This document shows positions 1-10,063 of a stretch of DNA of 64,000 bases, in pieces. How positions within the stretch are numbered: the stretch's first letter is position 1; every line of letters starts with the position of its first letter. Position numbers and translations under genes: made by a program. Source of the DNA: Ignavibacteriales bacterium (GTDB lineage Bacteria > Bacteroidota > Ignavibacteria > UBA10030); the NCBI GenBank assembly GCA_026390575.1, contig JAPLFR010000016.1, forward strand, positions 534,737-598,736. Reading direction: 5' to 3'. The notes under the pieces were generated by a model. It was not told the origin of the DNA, searched no databases, and was given only the letters and a program-made list of their open reading frames with translations.

Positions 1-481
1 CTACTTCATCCGCCCACAGAAGCGCGTCTTTACCCGTTGATTCCGTGCCGGCCTTTGTCCATACTGTCCAGCTTCCATTGTTTTTTTTAACATCAAGAGC
101 AACGACAACCGATTGCGAGCCAACTCGCTTGCTTGCCTCATCAATAAACGATGGGCACGCAAGCGCTGCAGAATTGAGCGAAACTTTATCTGCGCCTGCA
201 TCTAAAGCACGTCCGGCATCGTCCACAGTACTAATGCCGCCGCCCACGGTAAATGGAATTTGAATAGCTTCCGCTACACGTTCGACCATTTGTAAAAAAG
301 TTTTTCGCCCTTCGAGCGTTGCACTAATGTCAAGAAAAACCAATTCATCAGCGCCTTCTTCGGAATATCGTGCAGCTAACTCCACTGGATCGCCAGCATC
401 ACGAAGCTGCAAAAAATTTGTGCCCTTCACGGTTCTACCGTCTTTCACATCGAGACAAGGGATGATACGTTTCGTCAACAT
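1..481 (-). CDS. hisF: Imidazole glycerol phosphate synthase cyclase subunit HisF (N-terminal ~160 aa; gene continues beyond window start)
   Basis: Minus-strand frame from ATG at 479-481 translates [100 protein letters not shown]. This is a canonical HisF N-terminus. It is absent from the ORF track because no stop lies inside the window. The start overlaps the hisA stop. Confidence 0.9.
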   Translation of the reverse strand, partial: MLTKRIIPCLDVKDGRTVKGTNFLQLRDAGDPVELAARYSEEGADELVFLDISATLEGRKTFLQMVERVAEAIQIPFTVGGGISTVDDAGRALDAGADKVSLNSAALACPSFIDEASKRVGSQSVVVALDVKKNNGSWTVWTKAGTESTGKDALLWADEV

Positions 482-1203
482 ACGGCACCGTTCATCTTTG
501 CAAGTTCATCGATTGGCAGCTTATTCTCATAGATGGCTTTGCCGATAATCACTCCGGCAAGCTCTGCTTTTTTCAATACTTGTACATCTTCCAGTGTCGA
601 GATGCCTCCGGAAGCGATAATGGATAGTTTTGGGAAAGCAGATTTTAGATTTTGATAAAAATCAATATTCACTCCGCCCAGCATTCCATCGCGTGAAATA
701 TCGGTGCAAATGAATATTTTTGCACCACGCCTTATCATGTCCAGCACAAATCCCATTGGCGCACGATGACTGTCTTCTAACCATCCACTGATGGCAACCG
801 TATCGTCTTTCACATCCATGCCGACAACAATCCTATCGGCGCCAAATTGTTTAATCCAATACTCTACTAACTCTGGTGACTTTGCCGCCGCACTGCCGAT
901 CACAACGCGCGACACTCCGATTTCAATCAGTTTCTTTATATCGTCCGTTGTGCGAATTCCGCCTCCGACTTCCACTTGTAATCCCGGCACTGCGATGATA
1001 GATGCGATGGAATCCCAATTGACAATCTTCTTTTCCTTTGCTCCCTGTAAATCCACAATGTGTAAAAACGTGAATCCGGCTTCCGCAAATTGCTTTGCAA
1101 TCTCTGCAGGCGATGCCCCGTAAACAGTTTTCTGATCGTAATTGCCTTGACGCAGGCGGACGCATTTACCGTCAATAATATCGATTGCTGGAATTATGAG
1201 CAT
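475..1203 (-). CDS. hisA: ProFAR isomerase HisA
   Basis: 242 aa with the [20 protein letters not shown]...GGGIRT...ASGGIS (beta/alpha)8 HisA signature. Sits in his operon context. Confidence 0.9.
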   Translation of the reverse strand: MLIIPAIDIIDGKCVRLRQGNYDQKTVYGASPAEIAKQFAEAGFTFLHIVDLQGAKEKKIVNWDSIASIIAVPGLQVEVGGGIRTTDDIKKLIEIGVSRVVIGSAAAKSPELVEYWIKQFGADRIVVGMDVKDDTVAISGWLEDSHRAPMGFVLDMIRRGAKIFICTDISRDGMLGGVNIDFYQNLKSAFPKLSIIASGGISTLEDVQVLKKAELAGVIIGKAIYENKLPIDELAKMNGAVC

Positions 1204-1790
1204 AATTCAATAAAATTTTTCAGAAGCTGCAACCCGACTTTGCTGGATTTTTCAGGATGGAATTGAACCCCGTAATAATTCTTTTGTTGCATTGCTGATG
1301 TGAATTGTACATCATAGTCCGTCATACCGATGGTTGCCGGAACAATCGGTGCGTAATAGGAATGGACAAAATAGAAATATTCGCCAAATTTAATTCCGGA
1401 GAATAACGGATTTTTACCATCCTGCTGAACCTGGTTCCATCCCATGTGTGGTACTTTGAGTTTGGACTTTTCGCTCTTGAACCGCTCGTTTGTTCCGGAA
1501 ATCATACCGAGGCAATCGGTGGCTCGTTCTGTCGTATGTTCAAATAACAATTGCATTCCCAGACAGATTCCAAGAAATGGAACGGTCACTTCTTTCAGCC
1601 AATCAGTGAGCCCAGCGCGTATAAGTGCATCCATCGCACTTCGTGCTTCGCCGACTCCAGGAAAAATAAGTTTATCGGCTTTATTAAGTTCACCGCAATC
1701 ATGAGAGATAAAATGCGGTACACTGAGCCGATTGAGCGCATTGCTTACCGATCGAATATTGCCAGCACCGTAATTAATAATCCCAATCAC
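1194..1790 (-). CDS. hisH: Imidazole glycerol phosphate synthase glutaminase subunit HisH
   Basis: 198 aa class-I GATase with catalytic Cys motif GICLGMQLL and C-terminal HPEKS. Overlaps hisA and hisB by a few nt. Confidence 0.9.
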   Translation of the reverse strand: MIGIINYGAGNIRSVSNALNRLSVPHFISHDCGELNKADKLIFPGVGEARSAMDALIRAGLTDWLKEVTVPFLGICLGMQLLFEHTTERATDCLGMISGTNERFKSEKSKLKVPHMGWNQVQQDGKNPLFSGIKFGEYFYFVHSYYAPIVPATIGMTDYDVQFTSAMQQKNYYGVQFHPEKSSKVGLQLLKNFIELCS

Positions 1791-2884
1791 AGCATACCTT
1801 TCGTTGAAGGAAGCACATCGGCATTTTGTTCGTTCTGTGTTACCGCCTGCCGCAACGCACGCGCTACCGCTTTGAAGATTGCTTCAATCTTATGATGGTC
1901 GTTTCTGCCGGCAACAGTAATATGGAGATTTGCCCGCAAGCCGTCGGCAAATGCACGGAAGAAATCTTCCACTAATTCTGTTGGAAATTCGCCGACCTTT
2001 TCGCGCTCGAATGGCGCATTAAACGAACAGAATGGCCGCCCGCCCAAATCCAGCGCAACTTGCGCCATCGATTCGTCCATCGGCAGAAGAAATCCGTACC
2101 GCTCGATACCGCGCTTATCGCCAAGCGCTTGCCGGATCGCTTCGCCAAGCGTTAACCCTGTATCTTCGACGCTGTGATGTTCGTCCACTTGAAGATCGCC
2201 TTGTACTTCGATTTTCATATCGATGCCGGAATGTTTCGCTAGTAAAGCAAGCATGTGATCGAAGAAACCGATACCTGAATGTATTTCATAACTGCCTGTA
2301 CCATCCAAACATACTTCCACAGAAATTTTTGTCTCCGCTGTATTTCGCTTGAGGGCTGCCGAGCGATCCGATCGAACGATATAACGGCATGCTTCAATAA
2401 AGCTTCCAGTTTTAAAATCAGCGCTCGTTGATTCATTGGATGTCAAGCGAATAGCTTTGCAGCCGATATTGCGTGCAAGATGGACATCCGTCTCACGATC
2501 TCCAAATACAAATGACCGAAAAAGATCGACTTCATGAGAACGAATAAACTTGTCTACTAAACCTGTTTTGGGTTTCCGACACGCACAATTTTCATTTGCA
2601 CCATGTGGGCAAATGAATACAGCATTGATTTGAATTCCTTCACCATTCAGCAACCGCATTAATTTGTTCTGAACGATTTCGTACTTTTCATTCGGATATG
2701 CTGATGATCCAAGATTGTCTTGATTCGACACAAGCACAAAAATATATCCACGATTCTGCAAAAGTCGCAGCCCTTGAATGACGCCTGGAATTAATTCAAG
2801 CTTCTCCAAGGAATCCACTTGTTCATCTGGCGGTTCCACAATAATAGTGCCGTCACGATCAAGAAAAATAACTTTCATGCACAA
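1787..2884 (-). CDS. hisB: Bifunctional histidinol-phosphatase / imidazoleglycerol-phosphate dehydratase HisB
   Basis: 365 aa. N-terminal HAD-type DxD motif (FLDRDGTII). C-terminal IGPD motifs (HHxxE, HITVAGRNDHHKIEAIFKAVARAL). Confidence 0.85.
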   Translation of the reverse strand: MCMKVIFLDRDGTIIVEPPDEQVDSLEKLELIPGVIQGLRLLQNRGYIFVLVSNQDNLGSSAYPNEKYEIVQNKLMRLLNGEGIQINAVFICPHGANENCACRKPKTGLVDKFIRSHEVDLFRSFVFGDRETDVHLARNIGCKAIRLTSNESTSADFKTGSFIEACRYIVRSDRSAALKRNTAETKISVEVCLDGTGSYEIHSGIGFFDHMLALLAKHSGIDMKIEVQGDLQVDEHHSVEDTGLTLGEAIRQALGDKRGIERYGFLLPMDESMAQVALDLGGRPFCSFNAPFEREKVGEFPTELVEDFFRAFADGLRANLHITVAGRNDHHKIEAIFKAVARALRQAVTQNEQNADVLPSTKGML

Positions 2885-3921
2885 TATTCCTTTATGGCAC
2901 GAATCAATTGTTCGTTCTCATGCCGAGTACCGACGGTAATACGCAAACAATTTTCCAGGAGCGGTTCTGTCGTGCGATTACGAATAATAATTTCTTTTGA
3001 TGCCAAATATTTATAAAGAGCCGTTGCATTTTTGCATCGAACAAGAATGAAGTTTGCGTCAGATGGAAAAACATGTTCTATGCACGGTAGAGCTGTCAGT
3101 TGAGCGGAAAGCCATTCGCGTTCTTCCACAATTAAATCAATCGTTCGGCGCACTTCTTCTCCTTTGCGAAGCGCTTGCAGCGCTGCCCGGCTTGTCAGCG
3201 CGTTTATATTGTAGGGCGCTTTAACCTTCATCATAAAAGATATAACAATCGGATCGGCTATGCAGTACCCGAGACGAATTCCAGCCAATCCCCACGCTTT
3301 TGAAAGTGTGCGCATCACAACTAAATTAGGATGCTTGGACGATTGTTTTCCCATCGATGTTGATCGTGCAAAATCTATATACGCTTCGTCAACAATGACC
3401 ATAGCTCCAAGTTCACACAATGCAAGAATATCTTTTGAATATAATAAATTTGCTGTTGGATTGTTTGGTGAACAACAGAAGATCAGCTTCGTCGTTTCAT
3501 CGATTGTCTTTTTCACTGCATCAAGATCAATTTGGAATTTGTCGGTCAGCAGGCATGGATGAATTTGAACATTTTGAATTGACGAAGCGACACGATACAT
3601 ACCATACGTCGGTTCCAAGAGAAGGACAGAATCACGCTTCGGTTCACAAAACACGCGCACGAGCAGATCAATAACTTCATCCGATCCCACACCAACAAAT
3701 ACATTCTCTACTCCAACGCCATTCATGTCGGCAAGGACAGTTCGCAATTCACACTGATATGGATCAGGATAACGGTTAAGAGATACGTCATCAACTATCA
3801 GTGAGCTTCCAAAAGAATTCTCATTGGCATCAAGAAGAATACCGGAGAGGAAATCCTGACGCGCGCTGTGATACGGTTTCAATGCGCGAATGTTTGCTCG
3901 AATAAGTGATTCTATATTCAT
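2875..3921 (-). CDS. hisC: Histidinol-phosphate aminotransferase
   Basis: 348 aa class-II aminotransferase with PLP-lysine region (RTLSKAWGLAGIRLGY). Position between hisB and hisD. Confidence 0.85.
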   Translation of the reverse strand: MNIESLIRANIRALKPYHSARQDFLSGILLDANENSFGSSLIVDDVSLNRYPDPYQCELRTVLADMNGVGVENVFVGVGSDEVIDLLVRVFCEPKRDSVLLLEPTYGMYRVASSIQNVQIHPCLLTDKFQIDLDAVKKTIDETTKLIFCCSPNNPTANLLYSKDILALCELGAMVIVDEAYIDFARSTSMGKQSSKHPNLVVMRTLSKAWGLAGIRLGYCIADPIVISFMMKVKAPYNINALTSRAALQALRKGEEVRRTIDLIVEEREWLSAQLTALPCIEHVFPSDANFILVRCKNATALYKYLASKEIIIRNRTTEPLLENCLRITVGTRHENEQLIRAIKEYCA

Positions 3922-3933
3922 ATGATTGAGCTA

Positions 3934-5223
3934 TTACTTTAAAAGTCGGGATGTGACAGCGCGGGCATGTGCCTGTAAACCCTCGACAGACGCAAACGCG
4001 GTTAATGTCGGTGCCAAGCTTTCAAGGCCAGATTTCGTAATAGATTGAAACGTAACATTTTTCAGAAAACTATCAAGTGAGACTCCACTTGCCCAGCGGG
4101 CAGTACCGCTGGTCGGCAACGTATGGTTTGTGCCCGACGCATAATCTCCCGCCGTTACTGGAGCAAATTGTCCCACAAACACAGATCCGGCATTCATAAT
4201 CGATGGAACAATTGCTTCAGCATTTTGCATATTGATGATGAGATGCTCCGGCGCATAATCGTTAGAAAATCTCACAGCCGACTCAAATGAATTCGCAATA
4301 ACAATGTAGCCGTGTTCCAATGATGACTCGACAATTTTATTCCGTGGAAATTCTGATGCATTCTGCGGTAAAATTCGCAGTACTTCCTTCGCTAATAATT
4401 CACTTGTTGTTACCAGCACAACCTGAGCATCAGCATCGTGTTCTGCCTGGGAGAGCAAATCATACGCTACAACTTCCGGATTCGCTGTTTCATCAGCAAG
4501 AATAAGAACTTCAGATGGTCCAGCAAGTAAATCAATTGCTGCACCCTCAGGATCGGTCGAAACGAATTGTTTCGCAGCGGTCACGTAGCGATTGCCCGGA
4601 CCGAATATTTTATGAACCTTCGGAATGGTTTCTGTTCCGTATGCCATCGCTGCAATTGCCTGTGCACCGCCAACTTTGTACACTTCAGTAATTCCAATCA
4701 TTGCTGCGGCTGCAAGCACGAGCGGATCGACAGTGCCATTCGTCTTCGGCGGTGAACATAACACGATGCGCGAACATCCAGCAAGCACTGCCGGTATTCC
4801 AAGCATCAATACTGTTGACGGCAACGGTGCCGAACCAGCAGGCACGTATAAACCAACCCGTTCAAGAGGGCGAGCTTCACGCCAGCATACAACACCTTCC
4901 ATTGTTGTGATACGCTGTGTTTTATTCAACTGAGATTCATGGAACGTACAGATATTTTTTGATGCAACATGTAATGCGTCTCTAAATTCAGGTGAGAGCT
5001 GTTTTTTTGCCGCTTCAAATTCTTCTGACGATACACGAATTGTTTGCACTTCCGCTTTATCAAACTTTCTGCTATACTCATGCACCGCGTCGTCGCCACG
5101 CCGTTTGATCGTGAGGCACACTTCCTGAATGATATTCCCAGAATCGCTTTGTAGAGTGCTCGGACGCTGAAGAAGAGAAATGCGTTCTTCTCTCGTCAAT
5201 GTATTTTCAGAATAAATCTTCAT
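3934..5223 (-). CDS. hisD: Histidinol dehydrogenase
   Basis: 429 aa with characteristic HisD motifs (GPGNRYVTAAK, QAEHD, DYxAGxNHxLPT). Confidence 0.9.
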   Translation of the reverse strand: MKIYSENTLTREERISLLQRPSTLQSDSGNIIQEVCLTIKRRGDDAVHEYSRKFDKAEVQTIRVSSEEFEAAKKQLSPEFRDALHVASKNICTFHESQLNKTQRITTMEGVVCWREARPLERVGLYVPAGSAPLPSTVLMLGIPAVLAGCSRIVLCSPPKTNGTVDPLVLAAAAMIGITEVYKVGGAQAIAAMAYGTETIPKVHKIFGPGNRYVTAAKQFVSTDPEGAAIDLLAGPSEVLILADETANPEVVAYDLLSQAEHDADAQVVLVTTSELLAKEVLRILPQNASEFPRNKIVESSLEHGYIVIANSFESAVRFSNDYAPEHLIINMQNAEAIVPSIMNAGSVFVGQFAPVTAGDYASGTNHTLPTSGTARWASGVSLDSFLKNVTFQSITKSGLESLAPTLTAFASVEGLQAHARAVTSRLLK

Positions 5224-6095
5224 CGGATAATCGTTTCAATAGGCACCACAATAATATCACTGGCGCCTGCCTTTTTAAGTTTTTCCATCACATCCCAAAA
5301 TACATCTTCTGCCACGACAGAGTGAATTGCTACCATGCCCGTTTCTGCAAGCGGCACCACCGTCGGACTTTTCAAACTCGGAATAACACGCTTCAACCTC
5401 GCGACAGAATCAGCCGGTGCATTCATCATAAGATAACGCTTGCCGCCAGCTTCCTGCGAACCATGAACACGAATCATGAGTCGATCGATAACTGCGCGTT
5501 TTTTCTTATCGCGCATCGATGCCGGATTTGCTACCAGCACTGCCTGTGATTCTAATACGGTGCAGAATGTGCGCAAACCGTACATCTTTGCAGTGGTGCC
5601 GGTTGAGACTATATCACAAATGACATCGGCAACATTAAGGCTCGGAGCCAATTCCACCGAACCGCTCAATTCGACAATTTCCGCACGTACCTTATTGTCT
5701 TTTAAAAATGATTTGAGAATTGTAGGATACGTTGTGCCGATACGCTGACCATTCAAGTCCGAGATTTTACGAACAGCAGATCTCTGCGGCACACTGATCA
5801 TGAGTTTACATCCGCCGAATCCCAGCGGTGCAAGGAGATGGACATGGGCGTTTCGCTCCTGCAGTACATTTTCTCCGATGATTCCAAGATCCGCAACACC
5901 ATCCTGCACATATTCAGGAATATCATCATCCCGAATCGCCAGCACATCCAGGTCAAAGTTGTTGCAGGGTGAGTAGAGACTTTGTTTTTGAAATTCAAAA
6001 CTTAATCCGCATGCACGGAGCAACGAAACCGAATCTTCGGTAAGACGTCCGTTCCGCTGGATTGCTATTTTCATTCTTCCATTTGTCGCAAGCAT
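5220..6095 (-). CDS. hisG: ATP phosphoribosyltransferase (long form with C-terminal regulatory domain)
   Basis: 291 aa. MKIAIQRNGRL...DLGIIGENVL...TGTTAKMYGL motifs. It is the first gene of the minus-strand his operon. Confidence 0.9.
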   Translation of the reverse strand: MLATNGRMKIAIQRNGRLTEDSVSLLRACGLSFEFQKQSLYSPCNNFDLDVLAIRDDDIPEYVQDGVADLGIIGENVLQERNAHVHLLAPLGFGGCKLMISVPQRSAVRKISDLNGQRIGTTYPTILKSFLKDNKVRAEIVELSGSVELAPSLNVADVICDIVSTGTTAKMYGLRTFCTVLESQAVLVANPASMRDKKKRAVIDRLMIRVHGSQEAGGKRYLMMNAPADSVARLKRVIPSLKSPTVVPLAETGMVAIHSVVAEDVFWDVMEKLKKAGASDIIVVPIETIIR

Positions 6096-6137
6096 ACTTT
6101 ATCCTGATAAAGTGTTTAGTCCAAAAAAAATGTATTG

Positions 6138-6422
6138 TTATTTTGTCGTTCGTTTTAACATCATCGAATATCCGCCCTTACCCTTTTTCAGCCATCTGCC
6201 TACGCGGGCGATTGTGCGTGTGCTCAACCCGGTTTCAGCTTCGATTTGCGTGTACGGGATGCCGTCTGCCAGCATCTGCGCTGCTTTCCAGCGTTCTACG
6301 AATTCTTTAATTTCGTATTCTGTGAGCAGATCGCGAAAGAACCGCCGGCATTCATCCACTGAATTGAGCTGGAGAATAGCGTTATACAGATCGTCAACTT
6401 CTTTTATACTTGGTTTTTTCAT
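6138..6422 (-). CDS. TrpR-like DNA-binding protein, YerC/YecD family (candidate histidine-operon regulator)
   Basis: 94 aa. Strong similarity pattern to B. subtilis YerC (FFRDLLTEYEI...MLADGIPYTQIEAETGLSTRTIARVGRWL, an HTH of the TrpR superfamily). Immediately upstream of and co-directional with hisG. Confidence 0.7.
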   Translation of the reverse strand: MKKPSIKEVDDLYNAILQLNSVDECRRFFRDLLTEYEIKEFVERWKAAQMLADGIPYTQIEAETGLSTRTIARVGRWLKKGKGGYSMMLKRTTK

Positions 6423-6459
6423 ACTTTACTCTGATATTTTTTCATACTTTACTCTGATA
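6414..6459. repeat. Perfect 23-bp tandem duplication (TTTTTTCATACTTTACTCTGATA x2) spanning the start codon of the TrpR-like gene
   Basis: Positions 6414-6436 and 6437-6459 are identical. On the minus strand each copy carries an ATG. The distal copy encodes uORF MKKYQSKV. Its TGA overlaps the regulator ATG (gtATGAaa). Confidence 0.85.
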
Positions 6460-6560
6460 AAAGATTAGAGAATTTTTTCCAGAGTGTCAAGTATTTTTTT
6501 TCTCTTGTCAAAGAAAATCATTTTCTCTACTTTGCAACTGCATAAAATAGCGAAATTTAT

Positions 6561-7508
6561 ATGATTTCAGTTACTGATATTGAACTTGCGTATACCATCG
6601 TCAAACCGGTGGTTCATAAAACTCCGCTCCTTACCTCTCGCAGGATGAACGAGATATGCGGCAACGAAATCTTTTTGAAAGCAGAGAATCTTCAACGGGT
6701 TGGTGCATTTAAAATTCGCGGCGCATACAATAAAATTGCTTCGCTTACGCAGGACGAGAAACACAGGGGTATTGTAGCACATTCCTCCGGTAATCATGCA
6801 CAGGGGGTAGCACTTGCCGCCAAGCTGTTACATGTAAAAGCTGTTGTTGTTATGCCGAAGAATTCTCCTCGCATTAAAGTCGATGCGACTCAATCATACG
6901 GTGCCGAGGTTGTTTTTTGCGAAGATTCTTCTGATGACAGGGAACGAGTTGCAAAAAAATTGCAGACGCAATTTGGCTATGCAATGGTACCTCCATTCGA
7001 TGATGATAAAATTATCGCTGGACAAGGAACGTTGATGCTGGAAGTTGCACAGGAACGTACTTCGATCGACTATCTTTTTGTTCCTGTTGGCGGCGGCGGT
7101 CTTATCAGTGGATGTGCCGTTGCCGCAAAGCATTTTTTTCCACATATCAAGGTCATCGGCGTGGAGACTGAACCGGCGAACGACTGCCAGCAGTCATTTC
7201 GAAAAAAAGAAATCGTACGCATTGCTCCGCCAGATACCATTGCCGACGGTATGCGAACGCAGTCTGTTGGCAAACGCAACTTTGAAATTATTATGAAGTA
7301 TGTCGATGACGTTATCACTGTGACCGATACACAGGTGATCGAGATGATGCGCTACTGCATGCAGCGTATGAAAATTATTGTCGAACCGACCGGCGCAGTT
7401 GCTCCGGCGGCTGTCTTCCATAATGTTCTCAAGTTATCCGGTAAGAAAATCTGTGCCATCATCAGCGGCGGGAATGTGGAACCATCTCTCCTCAAACAAT
7501 GGTTATAG
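6561..7508 (+). CDS. Threonine/serine dehydratase (PLP-dependent, short catabolic form without ACT domain)
   Basis: 315 aa. PLP-lysine motif AFKIRGAYNK, SSGNHAQGVALAAK, and glycine-rich GGGGLISG loop. These are typical of the threonine ammonia-lyase/serine racemase family. Confidence 0.8.
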   Translation: MISVTDIELAYTIVKPVVHKTPLLTSRRMNEICGNEIFLKAENLQRVGAFKIRGAYNKIASLTQDEKHRGIVAHSSGNHAQGVALAAKLLHVKAVVVMPKNSPRIKVDATQSYGAEVVFCEDSSDDRERVAKKLQTQFGYAMVPPFDDDKIIAGQGTLMLEVAQERTSIDYLFVPVGGGGLISGCAVAAKHFFPHIKVIGVETEPANDCQQSFRKKEIVRIAPPDTIADGMRTQSVGKRNFEIIMKYVDDVITVTDTQVIEMMRYCMQRMKIIVEPTGAVAPAAVFHNVLKLSGKKICAIISGGNVEPSLLKQWL

Positions 7509-7605
7509 ATAACAACGAGTCTACTCTTGATGAGACTTGTTCGTTTATGAAAACTTTCCTATTTTATAAATAGGCAATCATCCATTACTAATAACGAAAC
7601 ACACT

Positions 7606-8352
7606 ATGAAACTTGCAGTTTGTATTAACCATGTACCTGATACGGCGGCAAAAATCAATATTGCGTCAGATGGGAAGAATATTGATAAAACCGGTATGAC
7701 GTTCGTTCTCAATCCTTACGATGAATACGCTATTGAAGAATGCCTTCGGTTAAAAGAAAAGAACACCGGCGAAGTAATCGCCATATCGCTTGGCGGCGAC
7801 TCGCACAAAGAAACATTGCGCAAAGCACTGGCGATGGGCGTTGATAGAGCAGTTCTATTGAAAGATGATTCACTGCGCGATTCTTTTGCTGTTGCCCGCG
7901 CACTTGCCGATGAGCTTAAAGAAATTTCTGCCGATGTTGTTTTCTTCGGTAAACAATCTGTCGATTCAGATGATGCGGCGGTTGGAACTATGGTTGCAGA
8001 AATGCTGGGATTGCCTTCCATTTCTGTCGCGGTAAAATTGGATATTGCGAACGGTAGTGCAATTGCAGAACGCGAAATCGAAGGCGGCAAAGAGAAAGTT
8101 CAAACAACACTTCCCGCAGTGTTCACGGCACAAAAGGGATTGAACGAACCGCGGTATCCATCGCTCAAAGGAATTATGTCGGCCAAGAGCAAGCCCATCG
8201 AAGAGAAAGTGCCAACACCATCGCAAGTGAAAGCAGAAGTGCTGGCAATGCGTAAACCTCCTTCCAAGAACGCCGGAAAAATTATCGGAACCGATGTGAG
8301 CGCAGTACCGGAGTTGATCCGCTTGCTCCACGAAGAAGCCAAGGTTATTTGA
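7606..8352 (+). CDS. etfB: Electron transfer flavoprotein beta subunit
   Basis: 248 aa with N-terminus MKLAVCINHVPDTAAKI and ETF-beta signature. Followed by etfA. Confidence 0.85.
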   Translation: MKLAVCINHVPDTAAKINIASDGKNIDKTGMTFVLNPYDEYAIEECLRLKEKNTGEVIAISLGGDSHKETLRKALAMGVDRAVLLKDDSLRDSFAVARALADELKEISADVVFFGKQSVDSDDAAVGTMVAEMLGLPSISVAVKLDIANGSAIAEREIEGGKEKVQTTLPAVFTAQKGLNEPRYPSLKGIMSAKSKPIEEKVPTPSQVKAEVLAMRKPPSKNAGKIIGTDVSAVPELIRLLHEEAKVI

Positions 8353-8424
8353 TTCTTTTCGATATATAATTTTAGATGAGCAGTAAACTGTTTTTTATTT
8401 AATAATTTTTCTTTTTGAATTGAT

Positions 8425-9399
8425 ATGAAAATACTTGCATTCGCAGAACAAAGAGACAATAAATTTAAAAAGTCGGCATTTGAAGTTATTCGCACAGCTC
8501 GAACAATCGCAGATCAAACAGGCGGAGACGTCATTGCTTTGGTTATCGGCGATCAAGTGCAAGCCATTGCCGGCGAGCTTGGCGGATACGGCGTATCGAA
8601 GGTTCTTATCGTCGAACAATCGAAACTTGGAAAATATTCTTCCACCGCATACGCCAAAATCATTGCGGAGGCGGCAAAAAAAGAACAGGCAGATATCATT
8701 TTTCTTTCTGCAACAGCAATGGGCAAGGATGCAGCGGCGCGTATTGCCGTGAAACTTGATGCCGGCCTTGCTTCAGATTGCACAGCTTTAAAAGTTGATG
8801 GCGGCAATATTATCGCAACACGTCCCGTGTATGCGGGCAAAGCGCTGACCGAAATAAAAATCAATTCGGCTGTTAAGGTTTTTACGCTTCGTCCTAATGT
8901 CTTTCCCGCCGGAGCAAGCACCGGTGCCGCGGCAACTGTTGAGGTCATGGATATTCCTCTTGCCGAATCAGATTTCGCATCGCTTGTCATTGAAACGATG
9001 CAAGCATCCGGCAAAATAGATGTTGCAGAAGCGGATATTATCGTTACCGGCGGACGCGGAATGAAGGGTCCGGAGAATTTTAAAATGATTGAAGACCTCG
9101 CTCATGTTCTTGGTGGAGCTGTCGGAGCTTCGCGCGCCGTTGTTGATGCCGGCTGGCGTCCGCACAATGAGCAAGTTGGACAAACCGGAAAGACTGTTTC
9201 ACCATCACTCTACATTGCTGTGGCAGTCTCGGGAGCTATTCAACATCTTGCCGGTATGTCATCCTCAAAGTATATCGTTGCCGTCAACAAAGACAAAGAC
9301 GCACCTATTTTTCAGATTGCTGATTATGGTATCGTGGCCGATGCATTTGTAATCGTTCCTGCAATCATGCTCGAAGCGAAAAAGCTTCTCGGGAAATAA
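8425..9399 (+). CDS. etfA: Electron transfer flavoprotein alpha subunit
   Basis: 324 aa with C-terminal FAD-binding region (VAVSGAIQHLAGMSSSKYIVAVNKDKDAPIFQIADYGIVADAF). Confidence 0.85.
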   Translation: MKILAFAEQRDNKFKKSAFEVIRTARTIADQTGGDVIALVIGDQVQAIAGELGGYGVSKVLIVEQSKLGKYSSTAYAKIIAEAAKKEQADIIFLSATAMGKDAAARIAVKLDAGLASDCTALKVDGGNIIATRPVYAGKALTEIKINSAVKVFTLRPNVFPAGASTGAAATVEVMDIPLAESDFASLVIETMQASGKIDVAEADIIVTGGRGMKGPENFKMIEDLAHVLGGAVGASRAVVDAGWRPHNEQVGQTGKTVSPSLYIAVAVSGAIQHLAGMSSSKYIVAVNKDKDAPIFQIADYGIVADAFVIVPAIMLEAKKLLGK

Positions 9400-9400
9400 T

Positions 9401-9991
9401 ATGTCCACAGAGGACAAAGTTCAAGTCGATATTCTAGGATTGTCCAGCAGTCAAGCCAGCGGCGGTGCATACGCGCTGATTTTAAAAGAGACCAACGGGG
9501 CACGCCGGCTGCCTATTATCATCGGTGCGTTCGAAGCACAATCCATTGCATTAGAAATGGAAGGCATCAAACCTCCGCGTCCGCTGACGCACGATCTCAT
9601 AAAGAATCTTATCGATCTGCTTGGCGGCGAGCTCATAGATGTCCTGATTAGCGAATTACGCGATGGCACCTTCTACGCCCGCATCAATCTTGACACACAA
9701 GAAATAGACTCGCGCCCGAGCGATGCGATTGCGATCGCTGTACGGTACGGTGCACCAATTTATGTTGCCGAAAAAGTAATGGCAGAAGCGTCGTTTGTGT
9801 CTGAAGGCGGAGAAGAAGAAAAAGCAATTCCACCCAATGCGAAACCTGAACAGGAAGAACCACCTAATCCCCAGCTTTCTCAGCTCGAACAATTGACAAA
9901 ACGTCTTGAGGACGCCATCGCCAAAGAAGATTATGAAAAAGCGGCGCAACTGCGCGATGAGCTTAAAAAGCTTCAAGGGCGAAATTCATAA
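9401..9991 (+). CDS. Bifunctional nuclease family protein (BFN/DUF151) with C-terminal UVR motif
   Basis: 196 aa. LPIIIGAFEAQSIALEMEGIKPPRPLTHDL matches the BFN domain. The C-terminal EDYEKAAQLRDELKKL is a UvrB/C-type UVR motif. Confidence 0.7.
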   Translation: MSTEDKVQVDILGLSSSQASGGAYALILKETNGARRLPIIIGAFEAQSIALEMEGIKPPRPLTHDLIKNLIDLLGGELIDVLISELRDGTFYARINLDTQEIDSRPSDAIAIAVRYGAPIYVAEKVMAEASFVSEGGEEEKAIPPNAKPEQEEPPNPQLSQLEQLTKRLEDAIAKEDYEKAAQLRDELKKLQGRNS

Positions 9992-10063
9992 CATAATTCT
10001 TTGGTATCATACAACAATTCATTTGGCATTTTTCTTCACTTACATATCAAGGAGGATCATACC

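Noticed and set aside
1-201. Track ORF 1..201 (-) of 66 aa
   Set aside because: Wrong frame. The real minus-strand gene here is hisF in another frame, reading continuously from 481 to the window edge.
475-9014. Multiple 60-150-aa ORFs antisense to or overlapping his, etf and other conserved genes (e.g. 791..1123+, 4625..4933+, 8553..9014-)
   Set aside because: They lie entirely within well-supported genes on the opposite strand or in alternate frames, and have no start or RBS context or domain similarity. They are byproducts of six-frame translation.
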